A stretch of DNA of 64,000 nucleotides from Clostridiaceae bacterium (GCA_012840085.1 DUMB01000066.1:19209-83208), one strand, 5' to 3'; counted from the stretch's first letter, positions 49,475-59,436 are shown. Numbers and translations are program-made. The notes: generated by a model from the letters alone, not told the origin.

Positions 49475-50299
49475 TTGAGGATTGTAGGCTTTATTGGTCC
49501 CAGTGGTACAGGTAAAAGTCACAGAGCTACCTGGGTAGCCAGAGAAAGAGGAATTGATTTTATAATAGATGATGGGCTGTTAATAAAAGGCAATGCGGTG
49601 GTTGCAGGAACTTCTGCGAAGAGGGAACCAACCAAGTTGGCTTCCATAAGGCGTGCCCTTTTTATAAACAAAGAACAAGCGGATGAGATGAAAGAGGCCA
49701 TAAAAAGGTATAATCCTGAGGCAATACTGATTCTTGGCACTTCTGACGGTATGGTTGAGGCCATTGCCAAAAATCTTGGCTATCCCGGGGTAAATGAAAA
49801 AGTATACATCCATGAAGTTGCCGACGAGTTTGAGATACAGCAGGCTCTTGCCACCAGGAGGGAGCAGGGAAAACACGTCATACCTGTGCCTACGTTCGAG
49901 ATAAAGAAGGATTTTTCGGGGTATTTTCTTGACCCACTGCAAATCTTCAGAAGAAAAGGCAAGGGCAATTATCAGCTGGTTGGCGAAAAATCTGTTGTTA
50001 GGCCAACTTTCAGCTATCTGGGAAGTTATACAATATCAGATTATACTGTATACCAGATTGTTGAGCACGTAGTGTCAGGCATAGACGGCGTAAGCAGGAT
50101 TTCAAGATTCAGGGTTGAAAATAGTCCTGAAGGAATAAGTATAGAGATGGATCTCATACTGATATACGGGTACAATATAAGATCACTGCTTTATGAAGTG
50201 CAGAAAAAGGTGAAGGTTGAGGTGGAGAGACTGACATCCCTCAACATTAAGGAGCTCAATGTAATTGCCAAGAGCCTTGTTGTCGAAAACAAGAGGTGA
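49475..50299 (+). CDS. Fusion protein: N-terminal HprK/P-like P-loop domain plus C-terminal Asp23/Gls24 (DUF322) domain
   Basis: Start moved to the TTG at 49475, which has a GGAGGA RBS. The P-loop GFIGPSGTGKSHRATWVARERGIDFIIDDGLLI follows the HprK kinase-domain pattern G.SG.GKS....RG....DD...I. The C-terminal YTISDYTVYQIV...ISRFRVENSPEGISIEMDLILIYGYNI is Asp23-like. Confidence 0.55.
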   Translation: MRIVGFIGPSGTGKSHRATWVARERGIDFIIDDGLLIKGNAVVAGTSAKREPTKLASIRRALFINKEQADEMKEAIKRYNPEAILILGTSDGMVEAIAKNLGYPGVNEKVYIHEVADEFEIQQALATRREQGKHVIPVPTFEIKKDFSGYFLDPLQIFRRKGKGNYQLVGEKSVVRPTFSYLGSYTISDYTVYQIVEHVVSGIDGVSRISRFRVENSPEGISIEMDLILIYGYNIRSLLYEVQKKVKVEVERLTSLNIKELNVIAKSLVVENKR

Positions 50300-50477
50300 T
50301 TAATCTAACTTGTTGTGCCAAGAAGTAAGCTTGCAATTGTGGAGAGCTTTAGAGACGGTTTTTATTAACTCTTAAGCCCGGAACTCCTGCTATCTCGTTA
50401 CTCCTGCCATCTCATTGCTCAGACCTGAAGCTGTTTCAAATTACACTTAACACTAAAATTACACTTAGCATTACAAG

Positions 50478-51239
50478 TTATTTCAAATTACAGTACCCGA
50501 CAATTTTCTGTACGCTTCTCAACAGGGCATCTTTTGAATTTCCCCATGGCTTATCATTATTGCGGTAGTCAAATTTTTGAGTAAACCAGTTTACTTCCTC
50601 CTGTATCCTGTCCATATTTGCCATCTGTATCTGAAGAAGATTTTTGGCAAAAACAGCTGAATTAGCCGGTGAGAGGTATTTCTTTGCCCCTTTCAGAAGC
50701 TGCTTCAGGTGCTTGAGACAAAAACCTTTTTTACTGTTGAAAAGTTTTTTAAACTCCTCTTCCTTAAACCATAAATATGTAATAACATCTATGTACCTGT
50801 CCATAGTGTAATCCAATTTACTGCAGATAGCACAATTCTGTTCGAGATTTTCGAGCACGAAAATTACATTGTCAACAAAATCTTTGCCATCTGATTTTCT
50901 ATCGGCAAACAGGCTGGTGAGGCCTTTTATAAATGAATTACCGGAAGCTTTTTCCGAGTTGCACGCTTTTTTTAGTCTTTTGTTTTGCTCCTGAAGATGT
51001 GTATCAACAATGAGCCCAAGACCAAGCCGGTTAATCTGGCTGTTATACAATATTTCAAAGTGTCTTCTGCAAAAACCTTTGTCATTTGTTTCAATACGGT
51101 GGTCGGGCTCCATGAGAGACGGTCCGAGAAAATACTCTATATATTCATTCTCAAGTTTCTTTTCCAGAATGCACATGGGACATTCGCAATCTTCTTTGAA
51201 AGCGTCTGTTACAGGTATGGTATATATTTTCTCCTTCAT
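50478..51239 (-). CDS. Cys-rich hypothetical protein with two putative zinc-binding modules
   Basis: CECPMC...FCRRH and CAIC...FCLKH pairs; 253 aa; unknown family. Confidence 0.5.
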   Translation of the reverse strand: MKEKIYTIPVTDAFKEDCECPMCILEKKLENEYIEYFLGPSLMEPDHRIETNDKGFCRRHFEILYNSQINRLGLGLIVDTHLQEQNKRLKKACNSEKASGNSFIKGLTSLFADRKSDGKDFVDNVIFVLENLEQNCAICSKLDYTMDRYIDVITYLWFKEEEFKKLFNSKKGFCLKHLKQLLKGAKKYLSPANSAVFAKNLLQIQMANMDRIQEEVNWFTQKFDYRNNDKPWGNSKDALLRSVQKIVGYCNLK

Positions 51240-51418
51240 CGTTTTTCCTTTCGTGTTATATTTGTTATAATAATCTCCAGCATTATGCTAATGCTAATAA
51301 TAGCTGATAATATGCTAATGGGAAATGTATGATAATATTATAACACAGAAAAAGGGTATATATAGATAGAATACAAGAAATATAGAAGCAGGCAGTATAT
51401 AAGAAATAAATACAGAAG

Positions 51419-52318
51419 GTGATGGTTATAAATTACAAAGGCTATGAGATAAAAGAGCAAGAAGGAAAAGTTATAGTGAATAATGTGAGGGATTTTAATC
51501 CTGTACACATTTTCGAGTGTGGACAATGTTTCAGATGGATAAGACAGGAAGATGGAAGCTATACCGGCGTCGTAAAGGACAAAGCTGCAGTTGTGCGTTA
51601 TATGAACGGAAAACTGGAAATTTCAAATTCGGCAATAGAAGACTTAAAAAATATCTGGTTTGATTATTTTGACCTGGGAAGAGATTACTCTGAAATAAAA
51701 AGAAGGCTTTCAAAAGATGAAATCATGAAAAAAGCCATAGAATTTGGTTATGGCATAAGACTTCTAAAGCAGGATTTATGGGAAACACTGATTTCATTTA
51801 TCATTTCTGCAAATAATAGAATTCCCATGATTATGAAAGTTGTGGGAGCAATTTCAGAAATGTATGGTTCTGAAATAATCATGGACGGCAAAAGCTACTA
51901 TACTTTTCCGGATGTAGACAAGCTTGCAGGTTCTGCTTTGGAACAGCTGGAGATGTGCAGGGGAGGATTCAGGTGCAAATATATATTGAAGACTGCCCAA
52001 ATGGTAAAAGACGGAACCGTAAATCTGGCCAGTCTGGCGAATATGACAACTGACGAGGCTAGGGAGGAATTGAAAAGATTTCCCGGTGTGGGAAATAAAG
52101 TTGCTGACTGTACCATTCTTTACAGCGGTACAAAATATGATGTTTTTCCGACTGACGTATGGGTAAAAAGAGTGATGGAGGAACTATATTTTGGAAGACC
52201 GGCGACGTTCAGCGAAATACAGAATTTTGCGGCTGACTATTTCGGAGAACTGGCCGGTTTTGCCCAGCAATATCTCTTTTACTATGCCAGGGAACATAAA
52301 ATAGGCACAGGAAAGTAA
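51419..52318 (+). CDS. ogg: 8-oxoguanine DNA glycosylase/AP lyase (Ogg, HhH-GPD family)
   Basis: HhH-GPD motif (FPGVGNKVADCTILYS...D) and OGG-like N-terminus. Confidence 0.7.
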   Translation: MMVINYKGYEIKEQEGKVIVNNVRDFNPVHIFECGQCFRWIRQEDGSYTGVVKDKAAVVRYMNGKLEISNSAIEDLKNIWFDYFDLGRDYSEIKRRLSKDEIMKKAIEFGYGIRLLKQDLWETLISFIISANNRIPMIMKVVGAISEMYGSEIIMDGKSYYTFPDVDKLAGSALEQLEMCRGGFRCKYILKTAQMVKDGTVNLASLANMTTDEAREELKRFPGVGNKVADCTILYSGTKYDVFPTDVWVKRVMEELYFGRPATFSEIQNFAADYFGELAGFAQQYLFYYAREHKIGTGK

Positions 52319-52435
52319 TGATAATATGCATGTTAAAGTAACAATTATATCCTGTAATTAGTATTATGTTATAAGAGGAAACGACGTTATTTATACTGTT
52401 TTCTTAAGCATTTGAATTACGGGAGTGTTTAGTAC

Positions 52436-52693
52436 ATGGAGTGCATTGCAGTATTTGACTCAGGAAATTATGTATACAATATCTGTAGAGCTCTCGAAAG
52501 AGCAGGATATGTATTTGAAGTTATATCGACACCGTGCCAAGTAGCAAAAAATGGATGTGGATATAGTCTGAAGTTCCCTATAGAATATAAGGACCTGGTA
52601 ATTAAAACAGCGAATAATCTGAATACCCCTGTCAGGGAGATTTATAAAATAATCCCTCAGGCTTTTAAAAATAAGTATGAAAAGATATACTGA
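52436..52693 (+). CDS. DUF3343-like small protein
   Basis: MECIAVFDSGNYVYNICRALERAGY...VISTPC.VAKNGCGYSLKF pattern. Confidence 0.5.
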   Translation: MECIAVFDSGNYVYNICRALERAGYVFEVISTPCQVAKNGCGYSLKFPIEYKDLVIKTANNLNTPVREIYKIIPQAFKNKYEKIY

Positions 52694-52807
52694 TCCGGCA
52701 TTGGAATAAATTGAAAGCTATTAAATTCAAGAGTTTGAATTATGGAGCATTACGGCGTGTTATCGAATAATTAGGTGCATGCAGAAGTAAAAGCCCATAA
52801 AATTTGT

Positions 52808-52836
52808 TTGTTATGAGTTTATGACGATGGTATAAT
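52808..52836 (+). promoter_or_regulatory. Consensus sigmaA promoter: TTGTTA-17-TGgTATAAT (extended -10)
   Basis: Read directly: ttgtta tgagtttatgacgatgg tataat. Confidence 0.6.
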
Positions 52837-52842
52837 AAGCTT

Positions 52843-53114
52843 AGATAAAGCTTAAGTTCCTGAAATGTTCGGATAAACCTATAATTTTGAACCTACATCT
52901 GACATAAGGGAGTCCGGAGTTTGAGACTGGATGTCAGGCCTCAGTTTAATTCCGACATTCGGCAATAACCGAGTGCAACGGCAGAGGAAGGCTGAAGGTT
53001 TCAGCAGGACACCCACCTAGCGAAGGGCTAGGTGTCAAAATATAGGGGAACGGCATTTTGGGGCTTAATATTCGAAAAAGCCATCCATGCTTTTTGCATG
53101 GATGGCTTTTTGTA
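52843..53114 (+). ncRNA. Candidate orphan non-coding RNA, about 270 nt, unknown family; bounded by the sigmaA promoter and a strong terminator, with no ORF
   Basis: Promoter at 52808-52836 and terminator at 53076-53114 (AGCCATCCATGCtttttGCATGGATGGCTttttgt). Internal hairpins are present (CACCTAGCgaagGGCTAGGTG, CCGAcatTCGG). No ORF with an RBS. Confidence 0.3.
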
Positions 53115-53128
53115 TATGCGTTTTTGCT

Positions 53129-54508
53129 TTATTCATTTTTTTCCTCTGTCATATTATTTGTTTCTTTATGTGCTCTTGTGGACATTTCTGCCTCAATTTC
53201 TGCTGCCTCATCTTTTCCGTTAAGCATTGATCTCCTGAACATTTCAAATCTGTCAGCAAAATGCTTTAACTCGTTTAACTGATTCTGAAGAAGATCAAGC
53301 TTTACTGTATATTTGACAAACTCCTTTTCTAATTTGTTCAATTCCATCTCAATTTTTGAGATATCTCTGGCAAGCCCTCTGTCAGCCTCCTCAAGCTCTT
53401 CTACAGAACCCTTGAGATGATTGAGACTGTCAACAATCATGTCTTTCAAATCGTTTGCAGATACTCTTGCAGTTTCGGGAGATTGCTCAATGAAGGCAAA
53501 TTTTATTCCGTTTATAAAAGCTCCGGGTATTTCCCGTACAGATATCTTGGCACTGTCATAAGGTACATTTGACTTGTAATGAATACACATAAGCTGCCTG
53601 CCTGCCGGGAAGTTGTACCTTGCAGGCTTGCTCCAGTTATTGCCGGAATCCTTGGAGAAAGAATAATATATAATGTTGTCTCTGACCCAGTAAACTATTA
53701 TATTGCCTTCCAGACAAAGGACTGAAAAATCCCTAAAAGGGCTGGCAGAAGTATGTATTACACATTCACTGGTCCAGATATTACGGTCCGGAATTTTCTG
53801 CTGGTAGATAAGTTCGTATTGTTTTTGGGCACACCTCTGATAGCATATGTGTATTATTCCGTCTTTATCCATTATTGTTCTGGGATATTCCGAATTACCG
53901 TCAAACCTTGTTATTGCGGCAAAATCACTCCAGAAGCCCTGGGCTGGGTTGTATTTTTTGCAGCCAAGCTGCAGATGCCTTCCATCAGATGATTGATAAA
54001 AAACAAATAAATTGTTTGATTTATCCAACATTACTGAATAGGGATACTCACTTTCGGTCACGTAATCAATTACCCTGGGAGTAAGTACCTTGTCATTCTC
54101 AAGCATCTGATGAGACAGCAAATATGATCCGCTGTGCTGAAGAACATAAAACACATGAACGCAGTTTCTCATAGGTATAAGGAAAAAGTGTTTGTCGTAG
54201 GAAGAGTTAGATTTGCTGCTTAATATAGGCATAGTACTTACAGATTCGTTCTCTATGCACGAATAGAATATATTCCCTTGATTGTCCTGGAAAACTATAT
54301 GTATCTTGTCTTCCGGATCAATGTCTGCAAAAAAGTATCTGTCAGCGTTTTTTTGCACGGATACAGGTTCTGTCCAAAAATTGCGCTTCGTTAACAAACT
54401 CAGGCATAATCCTAATCTGCTGTCATGGTATAAATTAAGGGTTTTTCCCGATGACAGCCTGAAAATAAACTGTTTTTTGCCGGAACTGTACATAATGCTG
54501 CCTTCCAC
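53129..54508 (-). CDS. BNR-repeat (sialidase-like beta-propeller) protein with C-terminal coiled coil
   Basis: A BNR-like SKDSGNNW motif. Repeated hydrophobic beta-strand blocks are followed by a heptad-rich tail (ELEEADRGLARDISKIEMELNKLEKEF...). Confidence 0.5.
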   Translation of the reverse strand: MEGSIMYSSGKKQFIFRLSSGKTLNLYHDSRLGLCLSLLTKRNFWTEPVSVQKNADRYFFADIDPEDKIHIVFQDNQGNIFYSCIENESVSTMPILSSKSNSSYDKHFFLIPMRNCVHVFYVLQHSGSYLLSHQMLENDKVLTPRVIDYVTESEYPYSVMLDKSNNLFVFYQSSDGRHLQLGCKKYNPAQGFWSDFAAITRFDGNSEYPRTIMDKDGIIHICYQRCAQKQYELIYQQKIPDRNIWTSECVIHTSASPFRDFSVLCLEGNIIVYWVRDNIIYYSFSKDSGNNWSKPARYNFPAGRQLMCIHYKSNVPYDSAKISVREIPGAFINGIKFAFIEQSPETARVSANDLKDMIVDSLNHLKGSVEELEEADRGLARDISKIEMELNKLEKEFVKYTVKLDLLQNQLNELKHFADRFEMFRRSMLNGKDEAAEIEAEMSTRAHKETNNMTEEKNE

Positions 54509-54777
54509 CTACCTTTCTGCAATAATTTTAATCAGAGCTTATTATGCTGTTGTAACGGTTAAGAAAGGTTTAGCATACATTATTCAGTATATGATTTATA
54601 TGATTATGAATTGATATACATTAATAAACAAATGAAATTTACTAAGTAAACAAATAAAATTTATTGTTCTGCAAAGAAATTATTTATCACAAATATTTAT
54701 CACAAAACAACGGTAACTTCATATTATGTAATTAAGAGTATATATAATATCGTGAAATAGTGAGGGAGGCTAGATTT

Positions 54778-55707
54778 ATGGGTCATGATTATAATAAAGT
54801 TGTTGCCGGCTTGATAAGCGAAAGAGACCTGTCAAAGATAAGAGAAGCAGTGTGCATACAAACGGAAAAGATATATGATTCATGTAAAGAAAAAGACTGT
54901 ATTGAAGACGCAAAAGTTATTTTTAAGAATCCCAGCCATGCACAGTACTTAATTAACATGGCAATCAATGTAAAATGCAGAAGGGCAGAAGTACTGGACG
55001 TATATGTTGATGTAGAGCCTGTTCCATTCAAAAGAGGATTTTACACCGTGGATGTCAAGTTCTTCATCAAGGTTACACTGGACTTCTTCATTCCTAATGG
55101 AAATGGCCCCGGTGGAACAAATATTGTAACAAAAGAAGGTCTTGTAGTATTCGATAAGAAGGTTATCCTCTTTGGTTCCGAAGGAAATGTAAAAATATTC
55201 AAGGCTCACTTTGTAAAACATGGAATTGACGATCAGGTTTCATCAAAACTGGAACAGGATAATCTGCCGATTGCCAAAGTAGAAGTAGCAGAACCAATTT
55301 GCCTCGGTGCAAGAATACAGGATATACTTGATAAGCTGTTTGATGACACCTGCTGCATAGACCAGGCTCCAAGAGGAGTTATTGAAGCACTCGCTGATGA
55401 CGAAGATGATGATGACATTGATTACAAGGCTCTTGCTGAAGAGAGAGGCGGACATATACCTACAAGAAGAGTTGTTGTAACTATCGGTCTGTTCTCGATA
55501 ATCAAGCTGGTAAGATTTGTTCAGCTTCTTATACCTGCATTCAGCTTCTGTGTACCAAATAAAGAGTGCGTAGCCGCAACTGAGGAAAATCCATGCGATC
55601 TGTTTGATACCATAGACTTCCCGGTTGACGAATTCTTCCCGCCGCAGATATTTGATTTTCCGGGAGCGCTCGCTGAGGAGAAAAAGATGAGAGAATCCAA
55701 CGACTAA
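54778..55707 (+). CDS. Hypothetical protein (310 aa) with an acidic DDEDDDD linker and a hydrophobic/Cys-containing C-terminus
   Basis: Start placed at the ATG at 54778, which has a GGAGG RBS. Divergent from the BNR protein gene. No recognised domain. Confidence 0.5.
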   Translation: MGHDYNKVVAGLISERDLSKIREAVCIQTEKIYDSCKEKDCIEDAKVIFKNPSHAQYLINMAINVKCRRAEVLDVYVDVEPVPFKRGFYTVDVKFFIKVTLDFFIPNGNGPGGTNIVTKEGLVVFDKKVILFGSEGNVKIFKAHFVKHGIDDQVSSKLEQDNLPIAKVEVAEPICLGARIQDILDKLFDDTCCIDQAPRGVIEALADDEDDDDIDYKALAEERGGHIPTRRVVVTIGLFSIIKLVRFVQLLIPAFSFCVPNKECVAATEENPCDLFDTIDFPVDEFFPPQIFDFPGALAEEKKMRESND

Positions 55708-55747
55708 TATTTGCAGAATATTCTCCAAAGTAAATTAGAAGCATAAA

Positions 55748-55790
55748 AAGAATGGCAGAGGGATTTAATCAACCCTCTGCCACTCTTTAT
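55748..55790. terminator. Bidirectional terminator
   Basis: aaaaagaatGGCAGAGGGatttaatcaaCCCTCTGCCactcttt. Confidence 0.7.
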
Positions 55791-55794
55791 AAGT

Positions 55795-56166
55795 TTACAT
55801 TGATTTGCCAGGAATTATGAGGTCGACTATTCCGTATACCAATGCGCCGATTATAGCTCCCCACAGTGTTACCTGATAGCCGCTTACAAAAAACTGTGTG
55901 ACATATATTATTGCGGCGGCTAATATGAACCCCGTAATACCTCTTCCAAATGGTGTTGCATCAACCCCGAGGAGTTTAGCTACAAAATAATCTAACAGAG
56001 CAAGTACTATTGCTCCAAGAATAAGGGGCCAAATTCCAGCTATTCTGAAGCCCGGTGTGAGAGCTGCAGTAATAGCAAGAACAACAGCACCAACTACAAA
56101 TCTGATCAAAAAGTGAGTTATATTAAAGGGTTCATTTCTTGTGGTTTCACCAAATTGATCAGCCAA
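55795..56166 (-). CDS. Phage-holin-4-like (PF04020/YvlD-like) 4-TM membrane protein
   Basis: FLIRFVVGAVVLAITAALTPG...IIYGIVDLII matches the YvlD/holin-4 family pattern. Confidence 0.55.
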   Translation of the reverse strand: MADQFGETTRNEPFNITHFLIRFVVGAVVLAITAALTPGFRIAGIWPLILGAIVLALLDYFVAKLLGVDATPFGRGITGFILAAAIIYVTQFFVSGYQVTLWGAIIGALVYGIVDLIIPGKSM

Positions 56167-56544
56167 TAAATCACATCCCTTCGGTTTAAGTTGCAGCTGT
56201 CTATACTTTTTTATTCACCTTTTTTCAGCATAGTGAGTAAAATAACATAAACAAAACAGCTCAATATTATTATTAATTAATATATTAACAATTATGCAAA
56301 TGACAAAATTGCACGAAAGCGTATATATTATAACTTTATAAATTAACATGCAAGGAAGTTTTGGGTTCAAATATTTACTTTAAAATTTAATTTTGATACA
56401 ATATTACATGCAATTTTTTTGATGATTTGTTAGTTTAATATTGTTAATTTGACATTAAATTTAGCTTGAATATTATGTGCAACTGCCTGCTTACGGAGCA
56501 AACATCTGGCAGGTGCGCTTGTAACTTGACAATTATCAATGAAA

Positions 56545-56858
56545 TATATATGGCGATGAGCGGAAAGAGTATCCTGTTCGGCTGCTTAAAGAGAGGGATT
56601 GCCGCTGGCTGTAAGCAATCCTAAGTAAGGAACTGGAGAAGTGCGTCTGTGAGCTTAAAGGCTGAAAAAGCATATGCTGTTAAAGTATATGTTATTAAAG
56701 TAAGTCTTTACGGTGGTGCGCCGTTATGCAAATGAGTCGGTATTGCAGCAGAGTGTTGCGAATACCGGTAAAAAGGCCTGTACCCTTTTTACTCCAATTA
56801 GAGTGGGACCGCGAATAACCTCGCCTCTATATATTTCATGGCGAGGTTTATTTTTGCC
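56545..56858 (+). promoter_or_regulatory. T-box riboswitch leader (probably Cys-specific) upstream of cysE-cysS
   Basis: GCGATGAGCGGAAAGAGTA stem I start and AGAGAG box. T-box sequence AATTAGAGTGGGACCGCG at 56796-56813, followed by the terminator CCTCGCCtctatatatttcatGGCGAGGtttattttt. The specifier loop contains UGC. Confidence 0.65.
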
Positions 56859-57163
56859 GTAATAATTATAATTTGTCAGCTATTATATATGTATTGTTAG
56901 AAATCAATAGTTTAGCTTATTGTACTGCCGCACCGCCTGGCATAACAAGTTGGTTTAAGAGAAAGTTTATAAAACCTTCAATTTTTGAAACAGGTAAGCG
57001 GTGGTAATAATATATTGTAAAGTACGTTGGTTATTAAGATTATACTCATGATAAATTTGTTTGATATTTTGATAGAAGATTAAATAGAAGAATTAAAAAA
57101 GATTAAATAGAAGAATTAAAAAAAGAAAAAAGTACGAATAAATTAATAGGGTGTGAGTAGCAG

Positions 57164-57928
57164 ATGTTCAGACAATTAATTGATGACGCTCGGGCAATAG
57201 CTGAAAGAGATCCGGCAGCGAAAAATATATGGGAAGTAATATTGCTGTACCCTGGTTTCCATGCGATTTTCTTTCACAGAATTGCCCACTGGTTTTACAA
57301 GAGAAAATTGTTTTTTATTGCAAGGCTTATTTCACAGTTTTCGAGATTTATGACAGGAATAGAAATACACCCTGGCGCAAAAATCGGGAAGAGGCTGTTT
57401 ATAGACCATGGAATGGGTGTGGTTATAGGAGAAACGGCAGAAATAGGTGATAACTGCACTATTTACCATGGCGCTACGTTAGGAGGTACGGGAAAAGACA
57501 AAGGTAAAAGGCATCCAACAATAGGAAACAATGTACTTATAAGTACGGGGGCAAAAGTGCTGGGGCCTTTTAAGGTTGGCGACAATGCCAGAATCGGGGC
57601 AAACGCTGTTGTGTTAAGTGAAGTGGAACCTAATACTACTGTGGTAGGCGTACCCGGCAGAATCGTAAAGAGAAGCAATGTAAAGGTTGCCTCGTCAACA
57701 GCTCCGTCAATGGAACTTGACCAGATAACTATTCCTGACCCGGTAGCTCAGGAATTCTGCAGGATGAGAATGAGGATTGAAACTCTTGAGGCAATGTTGG
57801 AAAGTATCACTGGAGATGAAAAAGTTAAAAAAGGGCAAACCAAATTTGAAGAAGCATTTGAAGAGGCATTTAAAAAGGTACTTAAAGAAGCAGTTAAAGA
57901 GGCAGTTAAAGAAGCAGTTGAAGAATAA
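57164..57928 (+). CDS. cysE: Serine O-acetyltransferase with an unusual C-terminal helical KEAV-repeat tail
   Basis: N-terminal SAT domain and hexapeptide repeats ([28 protein letters not shown]). Tail: [17 protein letters not shown]. Confidence 0.9.
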   Translation: MFRQLIDDARAIAERDPAAKNIWEVILLYPGFHAIFFHRIAHWFYKRKLFFIARLISQFSRFMTGIEIHPGAKIGKRLFIDHGMGVVIGETAEIGDNCTIYHGATLGGTGKDKGKRHPTIGNNVLISTGAKVLGPFKVGDNARIGANAVVLSEVEPNTTVVGVPGRIVKRSNVKVASSTAPSMELDQITIPDPVAQEFCRMRMRIETLEAMLESITGDEKVKKGQTKFEEAFEEAFKKVLKEAVKEAVKEAVEE

Positions 57929-58032
57929 GTGGGAATTTAGCATTTGAACAGCATTTGGGACAGTTTTCCCGTATGGGGACGGTTCTACACAATAGAAAAG
58001 TTTTGAGAGGAGATACGCATATGAAGTTATAT

Positions 58033-59436
58033 AATACTCTGACAAGGAAAAAGGAAGAATTCAAACCTCTGGATGAAAAAGAGGTAAAAATGTATTCTTG
58101 CGGTCCTACAGTTTATAATTATTTTCATATTGGAAATGCCAGACCGTTCATAATTTTTGACACTTTGAGAAGGTACCTTGAATATAGAGGCTACAACGTG
58201 AAATTTGTCCAGAATTTTACGGATATCGATGACAAAATGATTAAAAGGGCCAATGAGGAAGGTATCACAGTAAAAGAGCTGGCAGAAAAATTCATCAAGG
58301 AGTATTTTGTTGACGCAGAAGGTCTTGGAATAAAGAAAGCTACAGTACATCCAAGGGCAACGGAGAATATTGATGCCATAATAGGAATTATTTCCACTCT
58401 CATAGATAAAGGTTTTGCATATGTGGTGGATGGAGATGTCTATTTTGACACTAAAAAATTCGAGGATTACGGCAAGCTTTCACATCAAAATCTGGATGAC
58501 CTGGAAAAAGGCGCGAGAATTGACATAGATGAAAGAAAACGCGACCCTATGGATTTTGCCCTGTGGAAGGCTCAAAAGCCGGGAGAGCCCGCCTGGGACA
58601 GCCCGTGGGGGAAAGGAAGGCCTGGATGGCATATTGAGTGTTCGGCCATGGCCAACAGGTATCTTGGAGAGACAATAGATATACACAGCGGTGGACAGGA
58701 TCTGATATTTCCGCACCATGAGAATGAAATAGCACAAAGCGAGGCTGCAAACGGCAAACCCTTTGCAAGATTTTGGCTCCACAATGGATTTATAAATGTA
58801 AATAACGAAAAGATGTCAAAATCTGCAGGAAACTTTTTTACTGTAAGGGATATTGTACAGAAGTTTGATTATGAAGTGATAAGGTTCTTTATGCTTTCCG
58901 CCCACTACAGAAGTCCGATAAATTTCAGCCAGGAACTTCTTACGCAGGCGGAGAACGGACTTGAGAGAATATACAATTGTATTGAAAATCTAAAGTATTT
59001 GGCTGAAAAAGCGGCATCAGGAGAAGGTACGCAAGAAGACGAAGCAAAGCTCAAAGAGAGAATGCTTGGCTATAAACAGAAGTTTATAGATGCAATGGAT
59101 GATGACCTGAACACTGCCGACGCTATAGCTGCAATATTTGAGCTGGTAAAGGACATTAACAGCAGTATCAAGCCTGAAATGAATATTTCAAAAGATACAA
59201 TAGTGTTCTGCAGTGATTTGCTCAAGGAATTGGGAGGTGTCCTGGGAATTCTCCGAAAGGTGAAGGATGATGATACCATTCCTCCGGAAATACAGGAACT
59301 TATAGAAAGAAGACAGCAGGCGAGAAAAGAGAAGAACTGGGCACTTGCAGACGAAATAAGGGATAAGCTGAAAGGAATGGGTATTATACTTGAGGACACA
59401 CCTCAGGGAGTAAAGGTCAAGATGGAGAGAAACTAA
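58033..59436 (+). CDS. cysS: Cysteine--tRNA ligase
   Basis: Start placed at the ATG at 58033, which has a GGAGA RBS ([14 protein letters not shown]). HIGN (HIGNARP) and KMSKS motifs, zinc ligands, and a C-terminal DALR-2-like domain. Confidence 0.9.
   Translation, partial: NTLTRKKEEFKPLDEKEVKMYSCGPTVYNYFHIGNARPFIIFDTLRRYLEYRGYNVKFVQNFTDIDDKMIKRANEEGITVKELAEKFIKEYFVDAEGLGIKKATVHPRATENIDAIIGIISTLIDKGFAYVVDGDVYFDTKKFEDYGKLSHQNLDDLEKGARIDIDERKRDPMDFALWKAQKPGEPAWDSPWGKGRPGWHIECSAMANRYLGETIDIHSGGQDLIFPHHENEIAQSEAANGKPFARFWLHNGFINVNNEKMSKSAGNFFTVRDIVQKFDYEVIRFFMLSAHYRSPINFSQELLTQAENGLERIYNCIENLKYLAEKAASGEGTQEDEAKLKERMLGYKQKFIDAMDDDLNTADAIAAIFELVKDINSSIKPEMNISKDTIVFCSDLLKELGGVLGILRKVKDDDTIPPEIQELIERRQQARKEKNWALADEIRDKLKGMGIILEDTPQGVKVKMERN

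Noticed and set aside
52843-53114. Identification of the orphan ncRNA as SRP RNA (ffs), 6S RNA or tmRNA
   Set aside because: The length fits a large SRP RNA, but I could not find the conserved domain IV motif (GGUCC-GGAA-GGAAGCAGC) or the G-rich Alu-domain sequences. It is too long for 6S RNA and has no tmRNA tag ORF or 3' tRNA-like end. It is left as an unknown family.
55795-56166. Prophage signal from the holin-like gene
   Set aside because: It is a single PF04020-type membrane protein with no lysin, integrase, terminase or capsid genes nearby. These YvlD-like proteins are common chromosomal genes.
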